Origin: Lama glama
Lineage: Eukaryota
DNA length: 64,000 nucleotides
Direction: 5' to 3'
Assembly (NCBI GenBank): GCA_028534125.1
Contig: CM052821.1
Coordinates: forward strand, 53,630,001 to 53,694,000
Position numbers and translations under genes: made by a program. Positions 21,041 to 34,644 of the stretch are shown in pieces. Numbering within the stretch: the first letter of the stretch is position 1; every line of letters begins with the position of its first letter. The notes below the pieces were generated by a model. It was not told the DNA's origin and ran no database searches. It worked only from the letters and a program-made list of their open reading frames with translations.

Positions 21041-24000
21041 TGTGGCTTTTTTTTTTTTTGGATAATTCTGAGTTTCTCTCGGGCTTCACCCTCCCCCCAC
21101 CTTCTGCTTTTTCTAGACTTTTTTCCTCTTATCAGTAACTAGTGATGGATTTTCATGACCAGTGATTGAAATTGCTTTTAGCTACTTACTTGGAACCAGC
21201 ACCGTTGACTGGTAGGAATGTGACAGACAAGCCATCCTTAAATCAAGGGGACAGACTGCTCACATCAAAGGATCTGCTATCAGGGAAGGATGAATTCGAC
21301 TAGGATGCGGTGACTGCCAGGGACTTGAGCTAAGGGGGCTGAGAAAACGTGAAGCAAAACGAAAGATCCTTTTAGGGGTCGGGAGCAGCTGGCCTCAGGG
21401 GTGTAGTCCAGCTATTCATCAGAGGGGTGATGGACACATGTCTGGGGGCTCCAGGAGAGCTCCCGCTACATGGTGTTGGCCCTCAGGGTCCCCGGGGCGG
21501 CTGGCACCCTAGCACGTCCCCAGGCAGGCATGTTCTCCTGACCCAGCCTGCTTGGCCCCCCTCTGCCTCTGGCACGCAGCTGCTTTGTAATTTCACTCTG
21601 AGTCACTTGAGCAGTGCTTCCCGGCCTCCTGCGGGCTCTGAGCTTCCTGCTCGTGGTCACTGGTCACTGGTCCGGTTCCCGGCGGCTAGCCCGGTCTGGC
21701 CGACATCGGGAGGCACTTTTCAGAGCGGGCGTGGAGGGGGGCGGTTGAGTCAGGCTGTGCTGCTGGCCCTGTCCAGCTGCCATCCTGAGGTTTTATGTAG
21801 AGCTGAAATTCTGTTATAATTCACCTAATTAGTGTCTATTTTAAATGCTTAGCGACCTTAGAAATGTTCGTGGTGATGCCGGAGTAGTGAGTTCAGGGTC
21901 TCCGAGCTTCGATCGTGCCTGGTTGCCGTGAGGCGGCTGCTTCCACGTCTGGATTCTTGAAGAACTGGTGACCTGGGGGGTATGTGGCCCCTCTCATCCG
22001 AATAGTTAATTAATGAGGCCCTTTCACACCTCGATGCTGGCAGATAACTGAGGCTTATGGGATTTGTTTTGATTCGGTTCCGTTCAGGCGAGCACGCTTT
22101 TGTGGGGTCTCCTCCGTGTGCCGGGCCACCCTCTGGAGGCACAGGAATGGTAGGACTTGACCTCTGCCTTTTAGGAATTTATAATCCAGCAGCGAGACAC
22201 CCACACAGCTGCTCGATCAGTAAACTCGGGAGGTGGGGGGCTGCCCGACCCTGCAGCCGGCGTGGGCTGGTGCGCGCGCAGACTTGCCCAGCGGGAGACT
22301 CTGAGCGACACGGAGTGCTCCCGCTTCCCCAACGCAGGTGCTGGTGATGGGCCCGGGAACGCGGGACGCGGCAGCACTTCCCGCGAGACTGCTGCTTGAT
22401 GCAGCAGCTTGTTAAGCTGTCAGGACGACGGGCCTGGTTCCGACCCCTCTGCAGAGCAGAGGTGGTGAAGGACGGAACGCGTTAGAGCGCGTGCCCAAGG
22501 TCAGGGGGACGTTTTGTGATCACCCCCCAAAGCCTCCCCACTGTCCACTATTCTGTCTGCAGCGGGCCAGGGTTTTGGAGGAGGGGCAGGTGCCTTCTGA
22601 ACAGGGCCACGGAAGAGGGGGGTTTGCAGTGGCTCAGAAAGTGCGGTGTGTTGGGCACCGGGGTGAAGTCACTGGATGTGGAGCTCTTGGAGGGACACAA
22701 CCTGGCAAAGGCACAGAGGTGTGACCGCGGCTGGCCCTGAGCTCTGCAGTGGAGGGTGGGGGTGCGATGCCATGGGGAGGGGTTTGGACTTCGTTTTGGG
22801 AGCGGTGGAGGACCAGGACTGTCCTGTGTTCTGGGGAGGAAGCCTGGAGACACTGTAAGGGGTGGATCAGAAGAGGAAGAGACTGGGAGCAGGCGCCCCG
22901 GCGTCTGCAGTCCGACCCCCCGTCTTGGGCCCCTGAGGGCTTTTCTTCCTGATGCATTCCTAGAGGTGGCTTGACTAAGCTAACCCACTTGCTTTCTGCC
23001 TGAGAAGCCGACCACATCACCGCTCGTCCCTAAGGGCTCGGCCATCCTTTTGAGCAAGGAGCCGGCCCCTCCCGCGTCCTGGTTTCTGCTCGCCGGGTGG
23101 TTTACATGGTAAACCTGACATTTAAAGTTCACCTTGAAGTCTTTCTTCCTCTCCTCCTTCCCACAGACAGTTCCTTTTCCTGTGGTTCTCACATTTCTCT
23201 GATCACCCGGGGCAAAGGGGAGACAAGGGCTGCTTCTGTCAGACATGGGTTTCTGGGCTCCATCCTTTTTGTGTTCATGCCTAAGGCCCCTTGGGATCCG
23301 GGAGACCTGCTTTCCTTCCCGGTGGCCCCCGCCCCGGAGGCGGCCATGTGAAGGTGCTCTGCCCGCAAGGTGTGGGAAACACCTCGCTCTGAAGGCGGGC
23401 TGTCCCCATAAGCCCCTAATTGCAGAGCTGAGTCCTTCCTCTCGGGCCCTCACCCTCTGCAAGGCCACATCGCAGTAATTGGGTTCTTGGTGACCCACGA
23501 CTGCCGGGCTAATGTGAGCCTTAATGGAAACTCTCTTTTTCCACCCAGTTAAGTGGCTGGAGGTGGAATGTTTTTGCAAGAACAGCCTGTTCCCAGTTCT
23601 CCTGACTTTATGCCTCTTCCCTAAGCTCTCTGTTCAGCTCCATCATGCCTACATAAACACGTTTGCAGTTGTTTATTCGTTCTGTGAAGGTTTAGGGACT
23701 CCTTGTCACATGCCAGGTTCTGTGCAGGACACGAGGCCATGGCCGTGAGCACCACCTGGCCTCGCTACAGCTCCTTGGTAGGGGGCAGAGAGGCGGGCAC
23801 AGCCCACAACTTCCTGACAGGGGGTAGGGGCTTGTAGCTGTCACGTGCACAGGGAGATGTGGGAGCCCAGGGGAAGGGCTGAACTCCGGCCAGGGAGTGA
23901 GGGTACAAAGAATGTTTTCCTGATGAATCCCGGCGGTGGAGTGGAACTGACTGAAGTGGAAGGCGTGTCAGATGGTGGGGATGGTCGGGACAAAGGCGTG

Positions 24001-24159
24001 GCCTTATTGGAAGGTGAAGCAGAAATGTGGGAGCTGCATCTGGGTCATGAGAGGTGGGGTCTGCACATCAGGAGTCTGGGTACCACTTTGATGGTTTGAG
24101 GGTTTTATCCTGGAGCCGGGGGGAGCTGTGGGGTGCTCTGCACCAGGAGTGACAGCCAG

Positions 24160-24620
24160 ACATTGAGTCTGCAAGTGACAGAAAACCCAGCTCAAAGTGG
24201 GTTAAAAACAAAATGGAATTCATTTGTGCATTTGACGAGAAAGGTCCAGAGGTGGCCAGCCTCAGGTAAGGCTTGATCCAGCATGACAGACAGCGTGGCT
24301 AAACTGTGTTCTCTTAGCTCTGTTGACCCAGTGCCTTCATCTCCAGGTTCTGTGCGGTGATAAGAAGATGGGCAGCTTCCAACCGTATCCCTTCTGGGTC
24401 AAAGCCAGGGGAAAGTGTGCCTGTCTCATTACGCATTCCTAGCAAAGCCTCCTTGAAGCTGTTGGCTCTAATTGGGCCAAGCCCATCCCTGACTATGTTC
24501 TGGGGAGTGCGGTATGCCTGTTGGCTGAGGTCTTGGGATGCCTTAGTCCTGTATGACCAGAGGAAGGGCACTTGGATGCTGGGGCTGAAGACCAGCAGAG
24601 TCCAGGTGGTCACCTGTGGG
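24160..24620. mobile_element. Old MaLR LTR (MLT1I/J/K-like)
   Basis: gcaagtgacagaaaacccagctcaaagtgggttaaaaacaaaa...ctcaggtaaggcttgatccag. Confidence 0.65.
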
Positions 24621-25514
24621 AGGGGACAGGCCAGCTTGGGGTGGGAAGAGGCTAAGGCAGGGTCTGCGGGAGGCCAGCTGGCTGCCTGGTGAGAGGTCCC
24701 CCCAGTCACCTCAGAGACAGGACACGAGGTAACAGAATCTGCAGAGGCTGGTCCAAAGTCCAGCATCCTGGTCTCTGCCTCTTTCTTCCTTCACTTGCAC
24801 ACGAGTTGGGGCCTTTTGCCTTTAGTCGTGGTCCCAGAATCAGGTTATCATTTGCAGTTGTTCTGCATGGTCAGAGCTGTGCCGTGTGCTTCCCTCTCCC
24901 AGCTTCTCCCTAGGTTGTTGCTGTGTCCCCTGAGGCTGGCAGTGCCTCCGGGAATATCCCCAGCCTCCCCCGTGTCCCAGAGCCATTTCTGCTGTTGAAC
25001 CCATTTTGCCGGGGTCGAGGAACCAGCTCTTTAAAATAGAGGTCTTGGGAGAAGCCAGGGTGGCCAGTGAACATGTTCGTTATTGCTGCCGAGACGGCAG
25101 CTCTGCATTTGGCTCAAGATTGATGACAGGGGTTCACGGAGGAAGAGTGAAGTTCTGGGTTCTCCCCACAGGCAGGAAGTGGCCTGTGCTTCCCGCTGAT
25201 CCTGCTGAAAGCTGGGGGACAATGTAGCTGGGGGGACCGCAGGCCTCGGGTGGGCTGGATCCCTCCCTGCCCAGCTGGGCCAGCTGGGGTGTGACTCAGT
25301 CTTTTGGAGAAGAGCTTAACTTGTCATGGGAGCTCAGCGTGAGGGCGGGCGAGGTGGGTGCCTGGTCCTATTCCTGAATACGGGCGCCGCGGCAGGTGCT
25401 GGCCCGGCAGGGAGCTGCTGAAACTCAGCCCCTGTGTTGATCTGTAAAAGGAGCACAGAGTGTCGCCCACCAGCTTGGATTTCAGGAGCAGAGGCGTGTG
25501 GGAGTGCCCTCCAA

Positions 25515-25650
25515 GTTCTTGCTTCTCAGGTGTGCTCTGCGGACCAGCGTCTGCAGCGTCCCCTGGGAGCTGGTTCGTGGTGCTGTGTCTCGGGCCGCCC
25601 AGACCTGCTGGGTCAGACTCCACCCTAGCCCAGGGGCACCCAAGTGTACG
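25515..25650. mobile_element. MER5A-like MITE fragment
   Basis: gcttctcaggtgtgctctgcggaccagc...cctgggagctggtt...cccagacctgctgggtcagactc. Confidence 0.6.
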
Positions 25651-28600
25651 CGATTTGGAGCTCGGGCCGGGCGCCCACGGGGCCGAACGGGGGGTTTGGA
25701 GCCCGGGCCGGGCGCTCAGGGGGCTGAGTGGATCGCCAGGGCTCCCGGGCAGGCTCCTGCTTACGATGGAGGGGAGGTGACAAGGAGGTCCCCGTGGTGA
25801 CAGGGTCACTCACGGGCGCCATACCAGAGCGGTCCTTTTCACCTGCAGGTCTCCCGTGCTGGGACCCCCGAGGACAGATTGCCCAGGCAAGCCCAGGTGG
25901 CACTGCACTGCCCCCACGTCACTCGAGACCGGTGTTTTGGATCGATCGGTTCAGTGAAAGTGCGGGTGGGCTTGAAATGGTCCTGAGGAAAGGTGATTTC
26001 GAGGTTCTGAGCTGTGGGGGTGCCTCTTGCATCCCGAAGAAGGGGTTTTCCTGAGCCGAGGTGGTGACAGAGTTGCCTGGGGAGATCAGTTACTCCACCC
26101 CACAAACGTACTGCTTCTCTGTCGCCTGCACGTGAAGGGCGTGGGCCACGGGGCCATCTGTGACTCACTCAGGGGTCAGCGGACACACGGGCTCTCTCGC
26201 TGCGGGGTCTGAGTCCTCCAGGCTGAGGCTGCACCCAAGGCAGGTGGGGACCCCACGCAGGCTTGGGTTTAGAGTCCCGCGTCCCGGCCTTAAGAAACCG
26301 CCGCTCACCTCCCACCCAGGGGCTGAGCGCCTCAAGACAGGCTCAGTTCCACAGGCAGGTCACCTCCTGCCTGCTCTGATCTCCTTCCCTGTAGGACGGG
26401 CTGTCACCTCCCTGGGTCCCAGCTCACGCCCCCATCAGTGCGTCTGTTTGCTGTCCCTTTCTTTTAGTTTCTCAGGTGAGACCCACCACAGTCACGGCAG
26501 AGCCCCCCCAGTCTCCCCCTTTCCCTCCATCGCACGTCCTTCCGGAGCTGACGCTACCCTGATTCTATCTTTTACAAAAATATCACACTGTATTGTTTCG
26601 AAACCTGCTCTTTGAGACCCAGCACCATGGCACTGCACTTGACTAGTGGTACCTTTGTTCCTTAAGAGCCTTCCCCATGCCAGGGGCTAAGCCAGGCTGT
26701 TGGGTGGAAGAGGCCGGGACACGTCCTTCCCATATGTCTGCGGCCGGCCTGCCCTGTTGGCCCTCGACCAGTTGTTAGGTCAGTACGGCTGTGAACCCCG
26801 GGGCTCGCCGCTGCCTCAACAGGACAGATCTTCAGCTGCGAGCTCTCGGTGCGCAGCCAGTAGCGCCTGCTGACCTCCTGTGGATCTTCCCTTATTGAAA
26901 TGCTCACACATTTATTTTAGCCTCTCATCTTGTTTCATCCCAAGAAATGGGATGGAACCTTGTGCCCCAGCAGAGAAAACCCCATAAATCAGGTGTTTCA
27001 GGCTGACTGGTCCTCACGCTTTTGTCAGTGCAGATCAGAAACTCGCGCACCGCCGAGAAATTACAGCGAGTTAAATGTACATAAATACACCGAGCTGATT
27101 ACGAGCGGCTGGCGTCCTCGTGACAAGGTGAGAATCTCATCCCTCAGTTAAAAAAACAAACCAGATCCTCCACTTTGAAGGTCAAGAGGCCCTTTCTCTG
27201 AGGTTGAGCTGCACGGATGCTGGAAGTAATTTCGCTCTTTCCCCACGTCTGGGCCAGGAAGGGCAGCTGCTCTCTCGGGGGCTGTTCGCTCTGCCCACCT
27301 GGGCAGGACGTGGCCATCCATCCACTGTCATCCCCAGAATCTTGGAGATGGAACCTGAGTTCTTAACCCCCGAGAAGGGCCAGGCCTCACATTTTCAGGC
27401 CTTTATGAGGGTGAGCGGCGGGGACTCACTCACCTGCTTGGTGATCGGTCGCCCGTTCTGGTCACCTCGGCTTTGGGTACCTGTCAGGAAGGGCTGTCCT
27501 GCATCGCTGACCCCTGGCTGTCCTGTCTCTGGATGTCAGCATTCTTGTTTCAATCTTATTTGGGCCCCATTTTAACTCCACTGAACTGTGAGATCATCAC
27601 ACGAAGTACACTTTGATTTATTTTTAGAAGAACTGCTCTGTTCAGAAGACCCTCATGGCTGATGAATTTAGTTATTCCCATAAGTTGTAACATCTGTGGA
27701 GAAGCAAGCCCACTGAGTGCAGATGGGAGCTGGAGGTTCGCAGGAAGCACGCCCTTCCCGGCGGAGGCCTGCAAAGCCTCATTTTACAGCGACCTTGTTA
27801 GGTCCTACTTAGACACTCAGAGCTAATCCCTGCCCCACCTCCCCGGCCGGCGGGGGACTCGAACTCATGGAGAGACGGGTTTGTCTTTATCCTCCTTTAT
27901 TTTTCCTGGCAACTCTGAGGACCACTCCATGTTCTGAGTGGGATCAGTTGTAACTAGAGTGGGTACGTCTCGAGAAAGGCTGCGTAAGTGTCCAAAACTG
28001 AGACAGCTTTCCTGCCATTTCCAAGCTCTTTCAGACGCGGATCCGGGTGGGGCCAGCACGGCCGTTTTTGTTGGGGTTTGTCTTTGATCTCGGTTCAGAG
28101 GGGCCCGCTGGAAACTCTCCCCCTGATCTTTTGTTCTCTACGAAAACCAGGACGGGTAGATGTGGTGCAAAAAGCCTCATTGGTGGGAAACCATCTCTGC
28201 TGTGTTGAAATGACACACTTAGAAAAACGTCAGAGAAATGGAGCGGCCACCGCCTCAGCCCCCGAGGGTCGCGGCTCACCCGCCACCAGGTCTTTCTGCT
28301 CTTTGCTGAGCCCCGCAGGTGAGCCCCGGCGAGCTTCCGGCGCCCTGCCTTTGGGGGGGGTGCGTCGTGATCCGCCTCCTGCTCCGCGCCCCTCTTGGAG
28401 TGAGAACCTGTGTGTCTTCAGATCTGTGCTTTCCTTCGCAGATCACCTTGCTCTTTAAGGCAGTCTGCTTTCAAAGTTGCCTTTTTCTAATAATGTCAAA
28501 AGGGGAAAAAAAAGCTGCCTAAAAGCCTTTTTGGGAGGAAAGAGCCTGGGCATAAATAGATAAATAAATAAATAAGTGAAACTCCTACAAAGAAGATTTA

Positions 28601-29489
28601 AAAAAAAAAAATCAAAGATGGAGCCTTTGTGCTTGGCCTGGGGTGTAAACGGCCGGCTCTTTGTGAAACGTTTGAGGTTTTCGTTTTCGATGCTCTTTCC
28701 TCCTTTTTATGCGCTTGTGATTCCAATAGGAGAGGTGGGGTTTGTTTTCAAGCCTTGCCCAGGCCCTGGGTGGAGTGACGGAAAGAGAGCAGGCTTTGGA
28801 GACGTGCATGTCTCCCTCCATTCAGCAGCTGGCACTGACTGAGAGATGGTTCTGTCGGCGCGTAGCCTCTCTTTGGGGTGTGCCAGGCCCTGTGTCACTG
28901 CTCTGTAGACGGAAACTGAGGCACAGAGCAATTACATAGCTTACCCAGGCTCCCCCAGCTTGTCAGTGGCCGAGCTGGGATCTGAAACCTGCAGACTGGC
29001 TCCCGGGTTCTAAGCTTTTCATTGTGCTGCTCTTCAAATAAAAAAGCCTACTATGCACAGGGGCTGAGTTAGCACTGGTGTGGGCAGACGATCTGAGAAA
29101 GAGACAGTTACAGAGCTGGCTGTGTGATGCGAGCCAGGCAGAGGGGAGCCTGGGATGGGAGGGGAGCACCCAGGAGGGCTTCCTGGAAGAGGCAGCCAGC
29201 AAGCTGAGGCTTGAAAATTGGGAGGACTTAGCTGGGCATAGCGAGTGCAAGAACAGGTAGAACTGGGTTCATTTCTGACTCCAGGGCTCATGGGTGGTGT
29301 CCATTAGGTGCCTTCACATCTGGCAGACGTCGGCCCAGCCAGGACCCTGCCGCTCCCTCGCAGACTTGTTAGGATATCAGACGAATGGAAGGCATGGAAG
29401 GTGCTTGGCACACAGTAGGTGCTCAGGAAACGTTAGTGACCATGTCCGACTGACAGGCAGGAAAGTGGGCTGCACATTTACTGTGACTT

Positions 29490-29800
29490 AGGGTTGTAAA
29501 CCGGTGGCCCATGGTTGGGCCAGAGAATTTGAATTACTTGTTCACATTTATAAATTGGGAGAATCCACACAAAACCTCAGATTTCCAGCTTTTTCTGAAA
29601 GCTCCTGAGATCTGGCGACTGTGGTCTGCATGTCCCACACCGTGCTCCTGGGCTGAGCGAGGAGTAGCTGTCCCTGCGGGGCACCTGTGCTGCCAAATGC
29701 TCCCCCTCGGCTGCCCCCTGAGCCTGCCTCCATCCTCTCTCCCTCCTGGCGTTTCCCCAGCCCTGTGTCCCCTTGCGGCCCGCGGCCCAGGGTGTCACTG
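29490..29800 (+). mobile_element. MER102-like hAT element
   Basis: agatttccagctttttctgaaagctcctgagatctggcgact...gagtagctgtccct. A second copy lies on the minus strand at ~60780-61120. Confidence 0.55.
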
Positions 29801-31602
29801 CTGGAAGGTGAACTTTGGTGCATCGGAAGTGCGGTGGCTTCAGTTCCTTGCAGTCGGCTGCTGGGTTTAGTGTGGTCAAGGGCATTCATCTCCAGACAAC
29901 GGCAGGCACTTAAAAAAGTGATGAGTCCCTGGCCCTGTGACCGCGAGCCCCAGCCCCTTTGAGCGCCCACACCCGTCGTGCACGCCAGATGCCTGGGGAT
30001 CTTCCTCCGTGACCCAAGAGAGGCAGTGTTTCGAATCTTTGAAGTGTGTGACTTTCTGGCAAAAGGACCAGTCCTTTCAAAACCAAGGCATTCCTGGGAT
30101 TATCAGAAAGTCACTGACCTGGCAGAGCGGGGTCCTTGGGGAAAAGCCATGGTTCAAGGGGAGCCCCTCCTTCCAAATGTCAGACGGACCCTCATAAACA
30201 GCAGCAGAATCCCAAAGGGGCACTGTGGTTCAGCAGTGTCACTTCCAGAGTCCCAGCTCTGATCTGCCACCCACATACTTTACCTGGAGTCCCAAAGTCC
30301 CTTTTTTGGATTTTGCCATCTTCCAAGGCCAAGTTCAATTGCTGCCTCTTCCAGGAAGCCTTCCCTGGTTCTCCCTGAGATGAGTTCACTTGTTCCTCAG
30401 AAGCCCCTGCGAGGTCGGTGCTGCTGCCACCCCCACGTTACAGACCAGGACACTGAGGCTTAGCAAGATGAAGGGACCGGCTGGAGGCCACACGCCAGCA
30501 CGTGGCACAGTGAGACCTGAACCCGGGGCTCCAGGCCCCAGACCATCCTTGTTTTCCTCCGCCCTATGCTTAACAGGCCTGTGGAATGTGCCGTTGGCCC
30601 GAGCCTGGGGGTTCTGGGAGAGCATTTCTCCTTTATTGAAGCCGCGAGATCCCGGGTCCTGTTTAGTGTTATCTTTGATGTTCAAGGGCGGTGTGGAAAT
30701 GTCTGTTTTCATGTGACCCAGTTTCTCTGCTTTGAAATGCCGTCCCCGTTCTCCTCCCCTCTCCCTGTGTTTGAGATCAGGCAGCCGGGCTCCTGGAAGC
30801 ATCTCTTTATTGCCGCAACAACCCCCCCGCCCCACCCCTCTGGTCGTTCCAGCCCTCATCCCGTGTCCAGGCAACTGGATGACCCGTGCGACAGCTCCAG
30901 GGCTTCTTAGAGGAGGTACAGGCTCAAGGTGAGGACTCACCTGCGTGGCTCACCTGTGCCCTGAAGCCCACCTGTGTGGCCCTCCGCCTGCAGGGAACCA
31001 GGGTCTTTTGTTCTTCCACTGCTGCAAACAGAACCATCGCAGACAGCCTTGACCCACAGGGACCCCCCTGGCGTCTCTGTCCTCCTGTGATGTCGGCCCA
31101 GGAACCGGGAGTGGGGAGCCCCCCGCCGCTGCCTGCACCCGCCTCCCCAGCTTACAGACATGCCTCTCACATATGCAAGGACTTTTTGTGAAAAACCCCA
31201 TTTCCCTCCTTCCCTTTTCTACCTTTGGAAGCTCTTTGTGGGTTAAAAGACTCTTTGTAACTCATAGTGGAGTAAAAACAATAGCTGAAATATGGTCTCT
31301 GTTTTCTCAACGTGCCTGAGTGACGGGGGTGGGGGGGATCTTGGAATGTTGTTAGAAGACTGGGGCGTGGGCTGATCTCAGGCTCATTTGCCCCAAAGGT
31401 GTGTAATGTGTCTGCTTCTTGCCCCAGGGAAGCTCAGGATTTGGGGAGGCGAAGGCGGCTGTGGTGGGCTCTGCTCTTAGGCTGCGCCCTGCGGGGGGCG
31501 GGGGGGGGGAGCGGGGCGGGGACTGCGCCTGCTCCTGCTTCGGGCTGCCCTCCAGGCTGGAATGTTGTTGGGAGGGGCCCACCTTCTCCCCTCTCTTCTT
31601 CT

Positions 31603-32040
31603 AAATTGAGGTGAAATATGCGTAACATAAAATTTAGCATTTTTAACCCCTTTTACCCCTTTTTAGGTGGACAGCTCAGTAGTGGTGTTAAGTACATTCA
31701 CGTTATTGTGCATCCGTCTCCTGAACTTTTCCATCTTCCCAGACTGAAACTCTGTCCCCGTTAAACGCTCCCTCCCCATAATTTCTCCTTTCCGTTGCTG
31801 TGAATTTGACTCTCAGGACCTCACGTAAGTGGAATCAAACAGGATTTGCTGTTTTGTGTCTGGTTTATTTCACTTAGTATAATGTCTTCAGGGTTCACCC
31901 ACGTGGTGGCTTGTGGCAGAATTTCCTTCCTTTTTATGGGTGAATAACATTCCATTGTATGTCGGGACCGCACTTGTTTATCCTTTCATCCATCAGTGGA
32001 CACTTGGGCGGTTTCCACCTTTGGGCTGCGAATCGCTGTG
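31603..32040 (-). mobile_element. L1MB/L1MA LINE-1 3' fragment
   Basis: aattgaggtgaaatatgcgtaacataaaattt...ttaagtacattcacgtt...ggtttatttcacttagtataatgtcttc. Confidence 0.85.
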
Positions 32041-33338
32041 TAAATCATCGCTGCTGTAGATCATGGTTGTGCAGGAGAACCCGTTTCTTAACAGTCCTGT
32101 GTCAGGGCCTTCCTGATGTTAGAAGCTGTGTCTCCCTTGTGAGGGACAGAGGGTGGCTGGTCCCCAGAGCTGGGTCTATCGCTGAATCTGGAGAGCCCGC
32201 CGTGTGCTCGGCTCTGGGCTTGGGGCCTGACGTTTGTCATTTCATTCGATTCTTCCAGGGGCCCTGACATTTTAAGGAAACGGGGAGAGAGGTTACCAGA
32301 GGTGCCTGGGGTTGGGCCACCATGACCTGTCCCCTGGCTACTGTGCCCCCTGCCCCTTCGAGTCCCTGAACTAGAAGTGTTCGAGGTTCAAGGTGACTGT
32401 GGTATGGAAAGAGGACATGGACCTCTGAGGACGTTTTGTTACGGTGGGGGGGGGTCCTCTGCCTGTGTCACTGGTGATCGCCGACAGAGAGGGCTGGTTT
32501 TGTGGCACGTGGTCGGGGACTGTCGCCCAGCAGTTCTCAGCCAGGGCTGGGAAGGCGGCAGGTGCCCAGCCTCACCTGTACCCTCTGAATGGGGTCTCGG
32601 GGCCGGAGCCTGGAGTCCGATGGCAGCTGGGCTGGTATGACTCAGGGTGCTTTCCCGGGGGTCTCTCTACTGTGGGATCGAGGGGTCCTTTCTGCACGGC
32701 AGGATCCACGCTGCCCCTCCCATTGTGTTACCCTGGGGGCCCTGCGACTGTCCACCGACTGCCCTCTAGACAGGGGTCCTGTGCTGCCAACTCTGACTTC
32801 TGATCCAGTTTGTTAGATCCTGTTGCTTGTTCCACTGCCCCCGACCCTGGGCATCACCTGGTGTCAGCCCAGCAGGATTCTGTCCCCGAACCTGGGCTCG
32901 CCTGTGTGCATGCTGGGGTTGGGGATCTTCACACCCGGAGTCCACAGTCGAGGACACAGCCGTCCAGGTGGGGAGGGTAGCTGCCTTTTCAGGCCCTGTT
33001 GCTGTGATCCAGGCTTTGTCTGTATCAGCAGCCGTGGGCAGATCTGGAAGCATCCAGAAGCTTCTGCGTCTTCGTCATGTATTCCAAAGAGCAGTGAAGC
33101 CCTGGCAGGGCTTGATGGGACACGGGGACTGTTTGGCTGGGGGAACAATTGCAGAATGTATTCTTGGTCCGGAGCATTTTTCCTTGGACTCTGTTTCTGG
33201 GCAGCAAGCCATTTTGGAATGTTTGTTAAGTGCTTAAAAAACAGGAGTTGATTTCTCCGTGTTTCCCCTGCCAACGTGTGAGGCTACTATATTCCATTTA
33301 TATTGACTGGCTTTTTCCTTTCTCTTTCTGCTCAACAG

Positions 33339-33428
33339 TGAGTGACCTGCAGGAAGAAGGCAAAAATGCCATCAACTTGCCGATGTCCCCTGCCTCGGTG
33401 GAGATTCACCCTGAAGACACCCTGCTCG
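33339..33428 (+). CDS. PARVB: beta-parvin exon 2 (90 nt, phase 1-1): (V)SDLQEEGKNAINLPMSPASVEIHPEDTLL
   Basis: Acceptor ctttttcctttctctttctgctcaacag|TG; donor G|gtaccg; translation matches the beta-parvin N-terminal region. Confidence 0.96.
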
Positions 33429-33689
33429 GTACCGTGGGTCCTGCCAGTTCCCTGCCGTGGGCCAGCTGAGCTGCCGGGGGGTGTGGTTCACCAGGGGGTC
33501 GTGGCCATTTGATCAGATGTCACACAGGGTGGCATTTGAGAGTCTGCACTCTCAGCTCAAGGTCACGTTTGGGAAAGTCTGTAGTGGAAAAGCCAGCCTT
33601 CCGCTGTAGGTTTCTGCCGCTCTGACTTCAAACGTCAGTTTCGCTATTATAGAAGTGCGGATCAGGAGACTCCTGCTGCTGAAAAGATG

Positions 33690-33990
33690 GTTTGCTACAC
33701 ATATGGTTCCCACGGTGAGGAGGGAAGGCGCTGGGGTTGGACAGGAGGCAGAGAGTGAGGGGGAAATGTGGGCAGAAGCCTTTCTTGTGGATTTCATGGA
33801 AAAGAGCGGGGAGGCAGAGGAGCAGGTTTGGATTGTCTGGTTGAGGTCACTTCAGGGGCCACCCTGAGTTGTCTGTATCTGGCCTTGGGGTGATGAGGGT
33901 AGAGGCTACGGGCTGGGAGTGTGAGGGCCCTCAGTACAAGAGGTGGCTGGGAGATGTGGGCTCTGCACTGTCGTTGCATTTGAAAGGCAC
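33690..33990. mobile_element. Probable ERVL-class LTR remnant
   Basis: ggacaggaggcagagagtgagggggaaatgtgggcagaagcctttcttgtgg...gcaggtttggattg resembles old LTR consensus sequences; family uncertain. Confidence 0.4.
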
Positions 33991-34644
33991 TCATAGGGGA
34001 CACGTTTGCTGTCCTGGGACTCAGCTAGCTCTAGGAGGGGCAGTCCCTCCAGGTCCCCAAGGCCCCAAGATGTCAAAGCAGTAGAAAATACAGAAAATAA
34101 GGAACACGATTAATACACGCCCCCCTCCATCTCTGCATGGGCCAGAGCAGCCCCAGTGCCAGGCGCTTGCGAGGTGGCATCTGCCAAGTGGTGACGGCCC
34201 CACACCCACACCCACTGCCTGGGGACCGAGTCACAGCCGGCACTGATGGGCGATGGCCTGGACGCGCGTGCCTTAAAGCATGTTTTGAGATTGGTTGGCT
34301 CTGGAAGACAGTCTCGGAACATTCCACTGTTTCCAAACCCTGGTTCAAAGGGAAGTCCTGACCTATCCCTCTGTCGTGGTTCCCAGCACATGGCCAGGCC
34401 AGCAGGAGCTCGTGGGGAAGAAACGCAGACGCCGGTTCAGTCCGGCTGACCTGACGCCCAGTGCTGGACGAGCTCGGGGGTGCCCCTGGGGTCCCCTGCG
34501 TCTTCCCCTCTCCTCTCGGAAGCAGTCCCTTCACTGTCGGCGGTGGTACATTGTCTTCAGTCTGGTTGGAACTGCTGCCCAGGGAGGTGACCCTCTTCGA
34601 GGGGAAACTGGGATGAGCACAGTCTGAAAATGACCCTGATTCAG

